From NCBI GenBank assembly GCA_009841335.1, contig VXLY01000004.1, positions 28,837 to 92,836 of the forward strand: a DNA stretch of 64,000 nt. The letters run 5' to 3'. This DNA comes from Rhodothermaceae bacterium. GTDB taxonomy: Bacteria > Bacteroidota > Rhodothermia > Rhodothermales > Bin80. The notes below the pieces were generated by a model. That model was not told the origin of the DNA, searched no databases, and was given only the letters and a program-made list of their open reading frames with translations. Position 1 is the first letter of the stretch, and each line of letters begins with the position of its first letter. The position numbers and the translations under genes were made by a program. Shown piece by piece: positions 9,636-20,330 of the stretch.

Positions 9636-10633
9636 CAGGACAAGTACGAGTGATCACCAATGTTTAACTGCGTGGATTTACCCGAAACAGAACTGTTCAT
9701 ACCAACCATTGAATGGTCTAGTACAGCGTCGGTGACTTCCGCAGATTCAAAGATGATGCTATTTCGGATGACTGAGTTTCCGATGTAGGCACCAGACTCA
9801 ACAGCTACGTAGGGTCCAAGGACGGAGTTTTCAACAACTGCGTTTTCGGCAATGTACACAGGTTCGCGAATGACTGAGTGCTTGCAGCCGGGGCGTACGG
9901 TGTCCTGCGGTTCATGTTGTAACAGATAGCGGGTTGTTTCCATGAATGCTTCCAGCGTACCGCAGTCCAGCCACGCTTTTACGGCAGCTGTTCGAAAGGT
10001 CAGACCCTGTTTCAGCATCAAATCAAAAGCATCTGTCAAGTAGTACTCTCCACCCTTACCACAGATATTCTCGTCGAAAAGTACCTGGATTGCAGACTCT
10101 AGTTTACTGAGTTCTCTTATGTAGTAGATGCCAATCAGTGCCTCATTGGAAATAAACTCCTGCGGTTTTTCGACGAAAGCGATCACGCGGTCGCCCTCGC
10201 GAACGGCAACGCCAAACCGGCTGGGATCATCCACCTCTTTGACCCAGGTAACCACATCGCTGTTGTCGAGGTTATGCACGGGATCCATATCGAATACTGT
10301 ATCCGCATAAATGACGACGCCCTCGCCATCTAGAAACTCCTGTGCACAGATCACCGCATGGGCGGTCCCATTTGCTTCTTCCTGGATCACGTAATGTGCG
10401 TTTATGTTGTGTCGTGCGCAAACGGCATCCAATACTTCGTATGCTTTGCGATCAAAACCCGGTCCCAGAATGAAAACTCCATCGGTCACCGGCCGAGGAA
10501 GCGTTTGGGTAAACTTTTCTACGATGCGCTCCACCATGCATTGACCGCGTACGGTCAGCAGCGGTTTGGGGGTGATTGATGACTGGGGGCGCAGTCGCTT
10601 GCCACGGCCAGCCATAGGGATAATGAGTTTCAC
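9635..10633 (-). CDS. Sugar-phosphate nucleotidyltransferase with C-terminal left-handed beta-helix (hexapeptide) domain
   Basis: A 332-aa ORF with the N-terminal NTP-transferase signature MKLIIPMAGRGKRLRP...PKPLL. The C-terminal part has hexapeptide-like repeats (VENSVLGPYVAVESGAYIGNSVIRNSII). Confidence 0.8.
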   Translation of the reverse strand: MKLIIPMAGRGKRLRPQSSITPKPLLTVRGQCMVERIVEKFTQTLPRPVTDGVFILGPGFDRKAYEVLDAVCARHNINAHYVIQEEANGTAHAVICAQEFLDGEGVVIYADTVFDMDPVHNLDNSDVVTWVKEVDDPSRFGVAVREGDRVIAFVEKPQEFISNEALIGIYYIRELSKLESAIQVLFDENICGKGGEYYLTDAFDLMLKQGLTFRTAAVKAWLDCGTLEAFMETTRYLLQHEPQDTVRPGCKHSVIREPVYIAENAVVENSVLGPYVAVESGAYIGNSVIRNSIIFESAEVTDAVLDHSMVGMNSSVSGKSTQLNIGDHSYLS

Positions 10634-10636
10634 GGT

Positions 10637-11110
10637 CTAGTCCAGAATTAGATTTTGGTCTGTGCGGTCTTCCCAGCGGATCTCGTCCACCGCTTCTTCT
10701 CTTCCGTATCCTGCATACAGTCGATTTGGGCAGTTGATGACGATAGCATCATACGCACCGGTATTGCGGTATGCATGAATCACGCCTGGGGGGACCTGCA
10801 CAGTGCAGGGGTTATTTCTTCCGGTGTCAAGTATTTGACGGACTCCATAGGTCGGGGATCCGCTACGGTTATCCCAGAGATAAAGTCTGAATGTACCGCT
10901 CAGGAAGGCAAAGATGTCCGTCTGGTACCGATGCTCGTGGGGACCGCGCGCAATACCCGCATGTGTCATGGAGACATAGGCCATAGCGGGATGCACTTCT
11001 GGGGCAAGCTCATCCTGTCGGAATATTTCCGACAGCCAGCCGCGAGCATCGGTGTAGCGTGTCAGCTGTCGGACTATACAATCGTGCACGGTGCCAGTTT
11101 TCCAAGTCAT
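10637..11110 (-). CDS. dTDP-4-dehydrorhamnose 3,5-epimerase-like cupin (RmlC family)
   Basis: A 157-aa ORF with RmlC-like motifs (DARGWLSEIFRQ, GIARGPHEH, PPGVIHAYRN). It overlaps the upstream gene by 4 nt. Confidence 0.75.
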   Translation of the reverse strand: MTWKTGTVHDCIVRQLTRYTDARGWLSEIFRQDELAPEVHPAMAYVSMTHAGIARGPHEHRYQTDIFAFLSGTFRLYLWDNRSGSPTYGVRQILDTGRNNPCTVQVPPGVIHAYRNTGAYDAIVINCPNRLYAGYGREEAVDEIRWEDRTDQNLILD

Positions 11111-11868
11111 GGGCTTGCTTCTTCTTGGGAACTCAGATCGGGGTAGACCAAGTTTCTCGATAGCTGATTGGCCTCATGCCAACCCTCCAGTGTTCCGGCG
11201 TCTCCCCACCAGCCCTTGAGCACCCCATAAGTGAGTTCGCTTTGATTAACATAAGCGGAGTTGAGATCACTGACCTCGTATTCTCCACGCCGACTTGGCG
11301 AGAGCGTTCGAATGAAGTCAAATACCTGTGCATCGTAGAAGTAAAGGCCGGTCACAGCATACTTGCTTGCCGGTCTATTGGGTTTTTCTGTGATTTCTAC
11401 GATCCGATCTCCTTCAAACCGGGGGACGCCATAACGTTCGGGATCAGGAACCTCTTTCAGAAGAATCCTTGCCCCCCGCTTCTGGTTCCGAAATACCTCT
11501 ACCTCTTTGACAAGGTTATCTTCCAGAATATTATCTCCAAGGGCGACCAGGAAGGGTTTACCGCCAGCAAAATTTTCACAAAGTCCGAGGGCCTGTGCGA
11601 TACCGCCCGGCTTATCCTGTACGCGATAAGTCAGGTCAAGTCCGAGTGCTCTTCCACTGCCAAGAAGATTGACGACATCCCCCATATGCTCTGGGCTGGT
11701 AACCACAGCAACACGTTCAATCCCCGCTTCTCTTAGCCGCATAAGCGGGTGATAAATCATGGGGTATCGGCCTACGGGCAGTAGATGTTTGTTGGTGACT
11801 TTGGTGAGCGGATATAGCCTGCTCCCTGTGCCACCAGCAAGGACAATTCCGCTCAAGGATTCATGCAT
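11107..11868 (-). CDS. Glucose-1-phosphate nucleotidylyltransferase (RmlA-like, short form)
   Basis: A 253-aa ORF with GIVLAGGTGSRLYPLTKVTNKHLLPV at the N-terminus and LGDNI in the sugar-binding region. Confidence 0.8.
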   Translation of the reverse strand: MHESLSGIVLAGGTGSRLYPLTKVTNKHLLPVGRYPMIYHPLMRLREAGIERVAVVTSPEHMGDVVNLLGSGRALGLDLTYRVQDKPGGIAQALGLCENFAGGKPFLVALGDNILEDNLVKEVEVFRNQKRGARILLKEVPDPERYGVPRFEGDRIVEITEKPNRPASKYAVTGLYFYDAQVFDFIRTLSPSRRGEYEVSDLNSAYVNQSELTYGVLKGWWGDAGTLEGWHEANQLSRNLVYPDLSSQEEASP

Positions 11869-11923
11869 TTGTGAAATTGTGGTTTAGGGCCGGATCAATG
11901 CAATTTCCGGCGCTTTGATCCAC

Positions 11924-12976
11924 CTAAACAGAGGATGCCCGTTCACGTTGCAGGTCTCGTTCGACCATTTCTTCAACCAGTTCTTCAAACGAAGTGGTTG
12001 GTATCCAGCCGAGCTCCTTTCGTGCGAGGGAGGCATCTCCCAGCAGATGATCAACCTCGGCTGGCCGGTAGTAGCGGGGATCAACTTCAATCAGTGTCTG
12101 TCCTGTCTTGACACAGCGTCCTTTTTCTGCTCTGCCCGTTCCGGTCCATTCCAAGGGTAATCCGGCTTTTCTGAAAGCCAATGAGCAGAGGTTACGAACT
12201 GAGGTAGCACGCCCGGTCGCCAGTACGTAGTCACGAGCTTCTTCCTGCTGTAGCATGGACCACATGCCCTCCACAAAGTCACGTGCATGCCCCCAATCTC
12301 TTTTAGCATCCAGGTTACCCAGATACAGCCTCTGATCAATTCCGAGCTTTATTCTTGCAGCTGCTCGGGTGATCTTGCGTGTTACAAAGGTTTCTCCACG
12401 CAGTGGACTCTCGTGGTTAAAAAGAATACCGTTACATGCGTACATGCCGTAAGCTTCTCTGTAGTTGACGGTAATCCAGTACGCATAGAGTTTGGCAGCG
12501 CCATAGGGGCTACGCGGGCGAAAAGGGGTTTTTTCGGACTGAGGTGACTCGGGCGCGTTGCCGAAAAGTTCGCTGGTAGAAGCCTGATAAAAGCGGATGC
12601 AATCCTCCATACCAAGAATACGTATCGCCTCCAGTAGTCTAAGTACACCGACCGCGTCGGCATTGGCTGTGTACTCGGGTGTTTCAAAGCTTACCTGCAC
12701 ATGGCTTTGTGCCCCCAAATTGTAGATCTCGTCCGGCTGGACCTCCTGTACAATGCGGATAAGGTTTGTAGAATCCGTGAGATCTCCGTAGTGGAGCCGG
12801 AACCGGGCCTCGCCTACATGAGGATCCGTATACAGATGATCAACGCGCTGGGTGTTAAAGAGACTGGCACGGCGTTTTACGCCGTGCACGGTGTATCCCT
12901 TGCTCAGCAGAAGCTCAGAGAGATATGCGCCGTCCTGGCCGGTCACTCCGGTGATCAGAGCCGTTTTTTCTTTCAT
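11924..12976 (-). CDS. gmd: GDP-mannose 4,6-dehydratase
   Basis: [46 protein letters not shown] is a classic Gmd N-terminus. I placed the start at ATG 12974-12976 ([10 protein letters not shown]), which gives an ATGA overlap with the fcl stop at 12973-12975. Confidence 0.92.
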   Translation of the reverse strand: MKEKTALITGVTGQDGAYLSELLLSKGYTVHGVKRRASLFNTQRVDHLYTDPHVGEARFRLHYGDLTDSTNLIRIVQEVQPDEIYNLGAQSHVQVSFETPEYTANADAVGVLRLLEAIRILGMEDCIRFYQASTSELFGNAPESPQSEKTPFRPRSPYGAAKLYAYWITVNYREAYGMYACNGILFNHESPLRGETFVTRKITRAAARIKLGIDQRLYLGNLDAKRDWGHARDFVEGMWSMLQQEEARDYVLATGRATSVRNLCSLAFRKAGLPLEWTGTGRAEKGRCVKTGQTLIEVDPRYYRPAEVDHLLGDASLARKELGWIPTTSFEELVEEMVERDLQRERASSV

Positions 12977-13932
12977 GAGCAATGTCCCTGATACCAGGTA
13001 TAGGTCTTTTGTATACCCATTCGCAACGATGTTGGAGCCTGCCAACCCAACTGTGTAAGGCGAGAAACATCTACAAGCTTACGAGGCGTGCCATCAGGCT
13101 TGGAACGATCGAAGTCAAGTGTACAGCTTGTACCGATGACTTCTTGAAGCAGCACGCACAGCTCCCTGATGCTCAGATCCTTACCACAACCCACGTTCAG
13201 CATCGAGTCGGGGGCTGCGCGGTTAAGCTGATCTTCCGGAGTTTCCAGCACGAACACACAGGCATCGGCCATGTCTTCGCTATACAGAAATTCTCTCCGG
13301 GGTTTGCCGGAGCCCCATACAGTTACACGATCGTCACCCCGTATGCGCGCTTCATGAAACTTGCGCATGAGCGCAGGCAGTACATGGCTCGAAGCGAGGT
13401 CGAAGTTATCTCCTGGACCATAGAGGTTGGTCGCCATTAGCGTAACAAAATCACAGCCATGCTGCCGACGAAGCGCTTGGCATTGAACCACACCAGCAAT
13501 CTTGGCCACGGCATACCATCGGTTTGTTTTTTCGAGGGGGCCCGTGAGCAGTGCAGTTTCTTTCAGAGGTTGCGGAGCATCCCGGGGGTAGATGCATGTA
13601 CTGCCCAGAAAAACCAGACGTTTTACACAGCTGTTTTTCGCGGCTTGTAATACATTGTTCTGGATTAAGAGGTTATCACCCAAGAAATCTGCGGGGTACT
13701 GGTCGTTGGCAAGTATACCTCCTACACGGGCTGCGGCAAGGATGACGTATTCTGGCCGATTTTCAGCAAAAAAATCATTGACCGAGCTTTGAGCACGAAG
13801 ATCCAGTTCACTGCTTGATCGAAGTAGCAGATTTCTGTACCTGTTTGCACGAAGTTTCTTGACGATCGACCGTCCCAACAGTCCGTTATGTCCAGCCACA
13901 TAAATGGAGGCTTCTGGATCAACAAGATGCAT
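12973..13932 (-). CDS. fcl: GDP-L-fucose synthase (GDP-4-keto-6-deoxymannose epimerase/reductase)
   Basis: It has an SDR fold ([14 protein letters not shown]), YAVAKIAG (YxxxK) and a [11 protein letters not shown]-terminal region. I chose the start at ATG 13930-13932 (MHLVD...), just downstream of the upstream stop at 13937-13939. The longer ORF to 13995 would overlap UXS. Confidence 0.88.
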   Translation of the reverse strand: MHLVDPEASIYVAGHNGLLGRSIVKKLRANRYRNLLLRSSSELDLRAQSSVNDFFAENRPEYVILAAARVGGILANDQYPADFLGDNLLIQNNVLQAAKNSCVKRLVFLGSTCIYPRDAPQPLKETALLTGPLEKTNRWYAVAKIAGVVQCQALRRQHGCDFVTLMATNLYGPGDNFDLASSHVLPALMRKFHEARIRGDDRVTVWGSGKPRREFLYSEDMADACVFVLETPEDQLNRAAPDSMLNVGCGKDLSIRELCVLLQEVIGTSCTLDFDRSKPDGTPRKLVDVSRLTQLGWQAPTSLRMGIQKTYTWYQGHCS

Positions 13933-13936
13933 ACTG

Positions 13937-14881
13937 TCAGGGCGTCTGTCTAATTTTTTGACGAACATAGGCGAGCGTGCGCTGGAGTCCTTCAATGCGG
14001 TCTACGCGCGGGCGCCAGCCAAGAAGATCCTGTGCCAGAGAGGTGTCGGGTTGCCGATTTTTGGGGTCGTCCTCGGGTAGCTTGTGCTGAATGATTGTAC
14101 TCTTACTATTTGTCAGCGAAATAATTTCTTTTGCAAAATCCATAATGGAAATTTCATCACGGCTACCGATGTTGACAGGACTCGTTACGTTGCTGTTGAG
14201 AAGCCGAACGATTCCCTCGATAGTATCGTCCACATAAGCGAATGATCGCGTTTGGTCTCCTGTTCCGTGGACCGTAACGGGCTCGTCACAAAGCGCCTGA
14301 CGCATAAAGGCGGGGAGCGCCCGCCCGTCATTCAAACGCATGCGAGGGCCATATGTGTTGAAGATGCGCACAATGCGCGTCTGTACGCTGTGGTAGCGAT
14401 GGTAGGCCATTGTAAGTGCCTCGGCAAACCGTTTGGCTTCATCGTAGACTCCGCGCAGTCCAACCGGATTTACGTTGCCCCAATACGTTTCTTTTTGGGG
14501 ATGCTCCAAGGGGTCACCGTATACTTCGCTTGTTGAGGCTAGCAGGAAACAAGCATTCTTAGCTTTGGTCAGTCCGAGTGCGTTATGGGTGCCAAGTGCG
14601 CCCACCTTGAGTGTTTGAATTGGGAGTCGCAGGTAGTCAATTGGGGAGGCCGGGCTGGCAAAGTGGAGGACATAATCCAACGGGCCGTCAATCTCAATAT
14701 ATTCAGTTACGTCGCGTTCAAGGAAAGTAAATCCAGAGTTTTGCTCCAGGTGGGCGATATTGCTGGATGATCCAGTCAGGAAGTTGTCCATGCAGACAAC
14801 CTCGTGTCCATCGTCCAGTAGCCGGTCACACAGATGAGATCCTAGGAAACCAGCGCCACCAGTGATCAAGGTCCGCGGCAT
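13937..14881 (-). CDS. UDP-glucuronate decarboxylase (UDP-xylose synthase)
   Basis: A 314-aa ORF. Motifs are [61 protein letters not shown] and YDEAKR. Confidence 0.88.
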   Translation of the reverse strand: MPRTLITGGAGFLGSHLCDRLLDDGHEVVCMDNFLTGSSSNIAHLEQNSGFTFLERDVTEYIEIDGPLDYVLHFASPASPIDYLRLPIQTLKVGALGTHNALGLTKAKNACFLLASTSEVYGDPLEHPQKETYWGNVNPVGLRGVYDEAKRFAEALTMAYHRYHSVQTRIVRIFNTYGPRMRLNDGRALPAFMRQALCDEPVTVHGTGDQTRSFAYVDDTIEGIVRLLNSNVTSPVNIGSRDEISIMDFAKEIISLTNSKSTIIQHKLPEDDPKNRQPDTSLAQDLLGWRPRVDRIEGLQRTLAYVRQKIRQTP

Positions 14882-14969
14882 CAGCGATGATAGGCCGTCC
14901 TAAGTGATTAAGCGTATGTTCATTTCCGAACAAAGTTACAACCTGAATGCTCACCAATTGACAGTTTAT

Positions 14970-15722
14970 TCAGAGTGGGGCAAGCTTGTGAGGAGAGGTC
15001 TCCCGGATCAGCGCACGTGCCAGTGCACGGGCAGGATCAATGAGGGTTACATCCGGCATGTGCGGTACAGCAAGTGGCAGTTCTGTACATCCCAGGATCA
15101 CAGCTTCTGCACCCAGATCACAGCATGTGTGTACAGCTGAAAGAACCATATCGCGTGCTTGTGGAGTTACAGGGGCCGACTTGGCTTTAATTCCAAATAT
15201 TGGATCAAATATAGCACGGTGTACCACATGTTCCGCGATTTCGTTGCTGGGCATTATTGGGGTAAGGCCAGCACGTTCCACAGCGGATTGGTACAAGCCC
15301 AGGCGATGAACACTCAGTGTTGACAGACATCCAATTTGAGTTATACTCGGCAGTGCTTCCTGTATAAATCGAATGGTTTCGTGGATAAGATGCAGTATGC
15401 GGATGTTCAAGTCCTTTAGTGAGCTTGTAAGTGCGTTGAAAATTTCTGGAGCATGCGCAGAATTGCAAGGAATCCCTGCCACGCGAACCCCTAGTTCGGC
15501 AAGTGTACGGGCCACCGAAGCTATGGCGAATCCGGGATTCTTAGTAATTTCCCCGAACACATATGCACTTCGATCCCCAATCTTGTGACCGTAAGAAAGA
15601 AGCGCCATTGGAAGATGCTCTTGATCTTTTGCAGCGGTGGTTTCCGCAATGACTTTTTCGGCAAGGTCCAGACCGGCTTGTGGTCCCATTCCGCCAATAA
15701 TGCCAATAATTGGAGGTTCCAT
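14970..15722 (-). CDS. Aspartate/glutamate racemase family protein
   Basis: It carries IIGIIGGMGPQAGLDLAEKV and ILGCTELPL motifs. I placed the start at the internal Met (MEPPIIG); the ORF extends to 15755. Confidence 0.8.
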   Translation of the reverse strand: MEPPIIGIIGGMGPQAGLDLAEKVIAETTAAKDQEHLPMALLSYGHKIGDRSAYVFGEITKNPGFAIASVARTLAELGVRVAGIPCNSAHAPEIFNALTSSLKDLNIRILHLIHETIRFIQEALPSITQIGCLSTLSVHRLGLYQSAVERAGLTPIMPSNEIAEHVVHRAIFDPIFGIKAKSAPVTPQARDMVLSAVHTCCDLGAEAVILGCTELPLAVPHMPDVTLIDPARALARALIRETSPHKLAPL

Positions 15723-15812
15723 TGATGTTTGTTGTAGTATAAGGTTATTGACCAAGTTGTAATTTTTATCTTTGCGTACACAAAGTTATGGGCTATCCCC
15801 AAATTTAGCTAT

Positions 15813-15883
15813 TGCCCGGTCGTCTAATGGCAGGACAGCGGCCTTTGGAGCCGTCGGTGGAGGTTCGAGTCCTCCCCGGGCAA
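15813..15883 (+). tRNA. tRNA-Gln (anticodon UUG)
   Basis: It folds by hand into a cloverleaf. The acceptor stem pairs TGCCCGG with CCGGGCA. The anticodon stem pairs GCGGC with GCCGT around the loop CTTTGGA (anticodon TTG). The T-arm is GGAGG-TTCGAGT-CCTCC, and the discriminator is A. Confidence 0.85.
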
Positions 15884-15917
15884 CTTGATTGTTTTGATTC
15901 AACGCAGACTTTAAGAG

Positions 15918-16859
15918 ATGACGTCAAATCAGGAGTTACCCATTGGGATATTTACCGGTAGCAGTAATCCGGCGCTTGCGAAGAAGATTGCGGCTGCCTA
16001 CGGTCAGTCACTTGGCAAACTCAGTCGGGTTGTGTTTTCAGATGGTGAATTGTACGCGAAGTATCAGGAGTCTATTCGGGGTAGAGACTTATTCATTATC
16101 CAGAGTACGTACCCGAATGCAGACAACTGGATGGAGCTTCTCCTGCTCATAGATGCTGCCAAACGCGCTTCAGCGGTTCGAATCAACGCCGTGATCCCTT
16201 ACTTTGGCTATGCACGCCAGGAACGCAAAGATCAGCCCAGGGTGCCCATTGCTGCCAAACTGATGGCAGATCTGTTGCAGACAGCAGGCATAAACCGGGT
16301 TTTGACTATGGATCTGCATGCTTCACAGATTCAGGGATTTTTTAATGTTCCGGTGGATCATTTGTACGCCTCAGCAGTATTCACGGGCTATTTTCAGAAA
16401 CTCCGTCTGACGAATTTGGTTGTGGTTGCTCCCGATGTGGGGGCGATCAAGATGGCCCGGGCTTATGCCAATAGACTCGATACAGATCTAGCGGTCATAG
16501 ATAAGCGGAGGCCACATCCGAACGCAGCGGAGATCATGAATATTATTGGTGAGGTCAAAGGACGCAATGTGCTCCTGATTGACGATATAATTGACACGGC
16601 GGGAACCTTAACGAATGCCGCCAATGCTCTCAGAGAAGCTGGAGCTCACGAAATCATGGCAGCATGTACACATCCACTCCTTTCAGGTAAAGCCTATGAA
16701 AGGATTGAGTCTTCTGTTTTGAGCAAGCTAGTGGTTACCGACAGTATCCCTCTCAAACGTGAGTCTGAATGTGTGGAGGTAGTCAGTGTTGCCGAGATGT
16801 TTGCTGATGCAATTCGGCGCATCGCAACTGACGACTCAGTTTCTATCCTGTTTAATTAG
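15918..16859 (+). CDS. prs: Ribose-phosphate pyrophosphokinase
   Basis: A 313-aa ORF. Motifs are IFTGSSNPALAKKIA, YFGYARQERK and the PRPP loop LLIDDIIDTAGTL. Confidence 0.95.
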   Translation: MTSNQELPIGIFTGSSNPALAKKIAAAYGQSLGKLSRVVFSDGELYAKYQESIRGRDLFIIQSTYPNADNWMELLLLIDAAKRASAVRINAVIPYFGYARQERKDQPRVPIAAKLMADLLQTAGINRVLTMDLHASQIQGFFNVPVDHLYASAVFTGYFQKLRLTNLVVVAPDVGAIKMARAYANRLDTDLAVIDKRRPHPNAAEIMNIIGEVKGRNVLLIDDIIDTAGTLTNAANALREAGAHEIMAACTHPLLSGKAYERIESSVLSKLVVTDSIPLKRESECVEVVSVAEMFADAIRRIATDDSVSILFN

Positions 16860-16876
16860 TAAGTCATCAATTTTGA

Positions 16877-17482
16877 ATGAACGCTATTTCGATCGCAGCA
16901 GAAGCACGTGCACCTGGAAAGGCCGCGGCCCGGGCAGTGCGTAGGCAGGGCAACGTACCATGTGTTCTTTATGGGCATCATGTAGAGGCGCGATGCTTTA
17001 CAACCAGTGAGAGAAGTCTCAAACCGCTCATTTTCACCAATCGCACCCACATTGTTAACGTGAGTCTTGGAAAGGACAGCTGGGATTGCATTATTAAGGA
17101 CGTGGCCTATCATCCGGTTACTGACCGTCCCATGCACGTGGACTTCCAGGTTCTTCAGGCAGGTGAGAAGGTGACACTTTCCGTGCCGCTCAATTTTGTC
17201 GGTGTATCGGTCGGACAAGCTCAGGGCGGCTTGCCGACCTTTATACTTAATGAGCTGGCGGTGAGCTGTTTTCCACGGGATATTCCTACCCAGATTGATG
17301 TAGATATCAGTGAAGTGGAGATTGGGCAATCTCTTCACGTACGTGACTTAAACGAGGACACGTTGAATTTTCTGGCGCCGGAGGACCAGATTTTGATGAC
17401 CGTAGGGGCTTCGCGAGCTGCTGAGGCTGAGGTAGAAGAAGGAGAAGAAGAGATAGAGGAAGAAGAAGTCCACGACGAATAA
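16877..17482 (+). CDS. rplY: 50S ribosomal protein L25 / general stress protein Ctc
   Basis: A 201-aa ORF with RRQGNVPCVLYG and HVDFQ motifs and an acidic C-terminal tail. It sits in the conserved prs-ctc-pth order. Confidence 0.9.
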   Translation: MNAISIAAEARAPGKAAARAVRRQGNVPCVLYGHHVEARCFTTSERSLKPLIFTNRTHIVNVSLGKDSWDCIIKDVAYHPVTDRPMHVDFQVLQAGEKVTLSVPLNFVGVSVGQAQGGLPTFILNELAVSCFPRDIPTQIDVDISEVEIGQSLHVRDLNEDTLNFLAPEDQILMTVGASRAAEAEVEEGEEEIEEEEVHDE

Positions 17483-17512
17483 GCCCAGAGAGACCGTTCA
17501 CAGGTGGGGCCT

Positions 17513-18145
17513 ATGGCGCGACGAAAACGCGTGATTCTGGGGCTAGGCAATCCGGGGGCGAAGTATGCGGGTACCCGTCACAATGTGGGATTTGAGGTAG
17601 TTGACCGGATTGCGGAACGGTGCAAAATATCGCTGAAGCCAAATCTTCGAACGAACGCAATCACAGGCAAGGGGCGCTGGCGCGGTTACAAGTTTGTCGT
17701 GGCAAAATCTCAAACATGGATGAATCGTGCAGGGGAGTCAGCGCGAAGCCTTCAACGACGAATGCTTCTGGGCCAACAGGAATTCCTGGTAGTGCTGGAT
17801 GATATTCATTTGCCGATCGGAGCTTTACGGTTGCGACAGGGAGGAAGTGCAGGAGGACATAACGGCATGCAGAGCATTATTGATAGCCTTGGAAATGAGA
17901 ACATCCCAAGGTTACGAATAGGGATCGGAGGAGATTTTGAACGTGGCGGGCAGTCGAATTACGTCTTGTCCAAGTTCACTGAAGAAGAAAAAACCATAAT
18001 GGACACAACGCTCAATGACGCGCGGGATGCGGCACTGATGTACGTTACAGATGGGATTGTGCCAGCTATGAATCTGTTTAATCGGCGAACTACGACACAT
18101 TCCGGGGCAGGCAGATCTGAAGGTACAGAAAAGCTGGACCGATGA
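17513..18145 (+). CDS. pth: Peptidyl-tRNA hydrolase
   Basis: It has VILGLGNPGAKYAGTRHNVGF and GGHNGMQSI motifs. I placed the start at ATG 17513; the ORF opens at GTG 17504. Confidence 0.92.
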   Translation: MARRKRVILGLGNPGAKYAGTRHNVGFEVVDRIAERCKISLKPNLRTNAITGKGRWRGYKFVVAKSQTWMNRAGESARSLQRRMLLGQQEFLVVLDDIHLPIGALRLRQGGSAGGHNGMQSIIDSLGNENIPRLRIGIGGDFERGGQSNYVLSKFTEEEKTIMDTTLNDARDAALMYVTDGIVPAMNLFNRRTTTHSGAGRSEGTEKLDR

Positions 18146-18221
18146 TGAGCATATATATCGACAGCAAAAGCCGCCCGGTCTCAGGTTTGATCACTAAGTC
18201 TGAATTCAATTCAATTATATA

Positions 18222-20330
18222 ATGCAAGTAGGTCTTTTGATTTCGCTGGTGTGCGCTTGTGGGTTCGTCGCACTTTTCTTTGCCTGGACCAAGGCAAGAT
18301 GGATCACAAGGCAATCTCCCGGCACCGAGCAAATGATTGAAATTGCCGGTTACATAGCAAGGGGAGCCCAGGCCTTTCTGAGGCGGGAGTACCGTGTTCT
18401 TTCGATCTTTGTTTTTTCGGTAGCCGTGATTCTCGCGGTGACAGGCCTGATGGGAGGAGCGGATTCAGGTCGCTCCCCACTCATTGCTGTGTCATTCCTG
18501 GTTGGCGCCGTCTGCAGTGGGGCTGCAGGATTTGTAGGTATGCGTGTTGCCACAAAAGCGAACGTTCGGACGACCAATGCAGCACGAACGGGGCTATCCG
18601 AGGCGCTCAGTATTGCGTTTTCCGGTGGTCTGGTCATGGGATTATGCGTGGTTGGCCTAGGTATTCTGGGGCTCGCTGGCCTGTTTTTGGCATACAGCGG
18701 GTTGACTGACTGGACCACGTTCAAAGTTATAGACGTAATTTCCGGGTTTTCTCTGGGAGCTTCTTCTATTGCTCTTTTTGCACGTGTAGGTGGCGGGATA
18801 TACACAAAGGCTGCGGATGTAGGGGCTGATCTGGCCGGCAAGGTATACGAAGGAATCCCCGAAGACGATGCACGTAACCCGGCGACTATTGCCGATAACG
18901 TTGGAGATAATGTTGGAGATGTTGCCGGTATGGGAGCGGACCTCTTCGAAAGTTACGTCGGCTCAATCATCGGTGCGATGGTGCTCGGTACGGGTTTCCT
19001 GACAGTGTTTGAGGGCTCGGGGGCGGCGTTAGGCGATTTGAGTGCAGTGGTCCTTCCTCTGGTGTTAGGGGCTGTGGGGATCCTGGTTTCTGTGTTGGGA
19101 TCCTTCTTCGTTCGTGTGAAGGAGGGCGGAAACCCGCAGAAAGGACTAAATCTTGGTGAATTTGGTGCGAGTGCAGTTATGGCGGTACTCGCATTTTTTG
19201 TGATCACCTGGATGCTGCCTACTGAATGGGTGGCCACTACAAGTATTGTCGGGGAAAAAGTCTATACATCCGTGGGCGTGTTTTGGGCAATGCTTATTGG
19301 ATTGGTATCCGGTGTACTCATTGGTCTGGCAACCGAGTATTTCACATCTACGGCTACATTGCCAACATTCCTTATAGCTAAGCAGAGTGTAACCGGGGCC
19401 GCAACCAATATTATTTCAGGTCTCGGAGCAGGCATGTATTCAACGGGAGTTCCTGCATTGGTGATTGCCCTGGCAATTGTCGGAGCTTTCAGTACCGCCG
19501 GTCTTTACGGAATAGCCATTGCAGCGGTGGGGATGCTATCAGTTACCGGTATTCAGTTGGCAGTGGATGCATATGGTCCAATCAGCGATAATGCGGGTGG
19601 CATCGCAGAAATGGCCCATCTGCCGGCAGAGGTCCGGGAACGAACTGATAAACTGGACGCGGTTGGAAATACGACAGCGGCCATAGGCAAAGGTTTTGCA
19701 ATTGGCTCGGCTGCGCTGACTGCGCTGGCACTGTTTGCCGCGTTCATGCAGCAGGCAGGGCTTGAAACGATCAATGTTGCTCAACCCAATATTCTTGCTG
19801 GTCTTTTGGTTGGGGCCACACTGCCTTACGTGTTCAGTGCGATGGCTATGGGTGCAGTAGGACGTGCATCGGCTGATATGATTACGGAGGTTGGCAGGCA
19901 GTTTAGGGAGATTCCAGGGCTGCGCGAAGGAACAGCCACAGCAGAGTATGCCAAATGTGTGGATATCTCAACTGCAGCTGCTATCCGAGAAATGATTGCT
20001 CCCGGCCTGTTGGCTATTCTAGTGCCGGTGATTGTTGGATTCATTAGTCCAGATATGTTGGGAGGCCTACTTGTTGGCGTAACGGTTTCGGGTGTTTTGT
20101 TTGCCATATTCCAATCGAACGCTGGTGGAGCGTGGGACAATGCGAAGAAGCGCATCGAGGGAGGGATTAGTATTGATGGAGTGGCTTTAGGGAAAGGAAC
20201 AGAAGCACACAAGGCCTCCGTCGTTGGTGATACGGTGGGGGATCCATTCAAGGATACCTCCGGACCGAGCTTGAATATTTTGATTAAGCTGATTGCGGTG
20301 GTTGCACTTGTTATTGCACCGCTTCTTTAA
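18222..20330 (+). CDS. hppA: Membrane-bound ion-translocating pyrophosphatase
   Basis: A 702-aa polytopic ORF. Signature motifs are [37 protein letters not shown] and [22 protein letters not shown]. Confidence 0.95.
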   Translation: MQVGLLISLVCACGFVALFFAWTKARWITRQSPGTEQMIEIAGYIARGAQAFLRREYRVLSIFVFSVAVILAVTGLMGGADSGRSPLIAVSFLVGAVCSGAAGFVGMRVATKANVRTTNAARTGLSEALSIAFSGGLVMGLCVVGLGILGLAGLFLAYSGLTDWTTFKVIDVISGFSLGASSIALFARVGGGIYTKAADVGADLAGKVYEGIPEDDARNPATIADNVGDNVGDVAGMGADLFESYVGSIIGAMVLGTGFLTVFEGSGAALGDLSAVVLPLVLGAVGILVSVLGSFFVRVKEGGNPQKGLNLGEFGASAVMAVLAFFVITWMLPTEWVATTSIVGEKVYTSVGVFWAMLIGLVSGVLIGLATEYFTSTATLPTFLIAKQSVTGAATNIISGLGAGMYSTGVPALVIALAIVGAFSTAGLYGIAIAAVGMLSVTGIQLAVDAYGPISDNAGGIAEMAHLPAEVRERTDKLDAVGNTTAAIGKGFAIGSAALTALALFAAFMQQAGLETINVAQPNILAGLLVGATLPYVFSAMAMGAVGRASADMITEVGRQFREIPGLREGTATAEYAKCVDISTAAAIREMIAPGLLAILVPVIVGFISPDMLGGLLVGVTVSGVLFAIFQSNAGGAWDNAKKRIEGGISIDGVALGKGTEAHKASVVGDTVGDPFKDTSGPSLNILIKLIAVVALVIAPLL

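Noticed and set aside
18350-20251. Minus-strand ORFs of 141-163 aa (18350-18841, 19826-20251) rich in Pro/Ala/Thr/Arg.
   Set aside because: They are antisense to the well-supported hppA gene. They are typical shadow ORFs of a GC-rich, Ala/Gly/Val-rich membrane gene.
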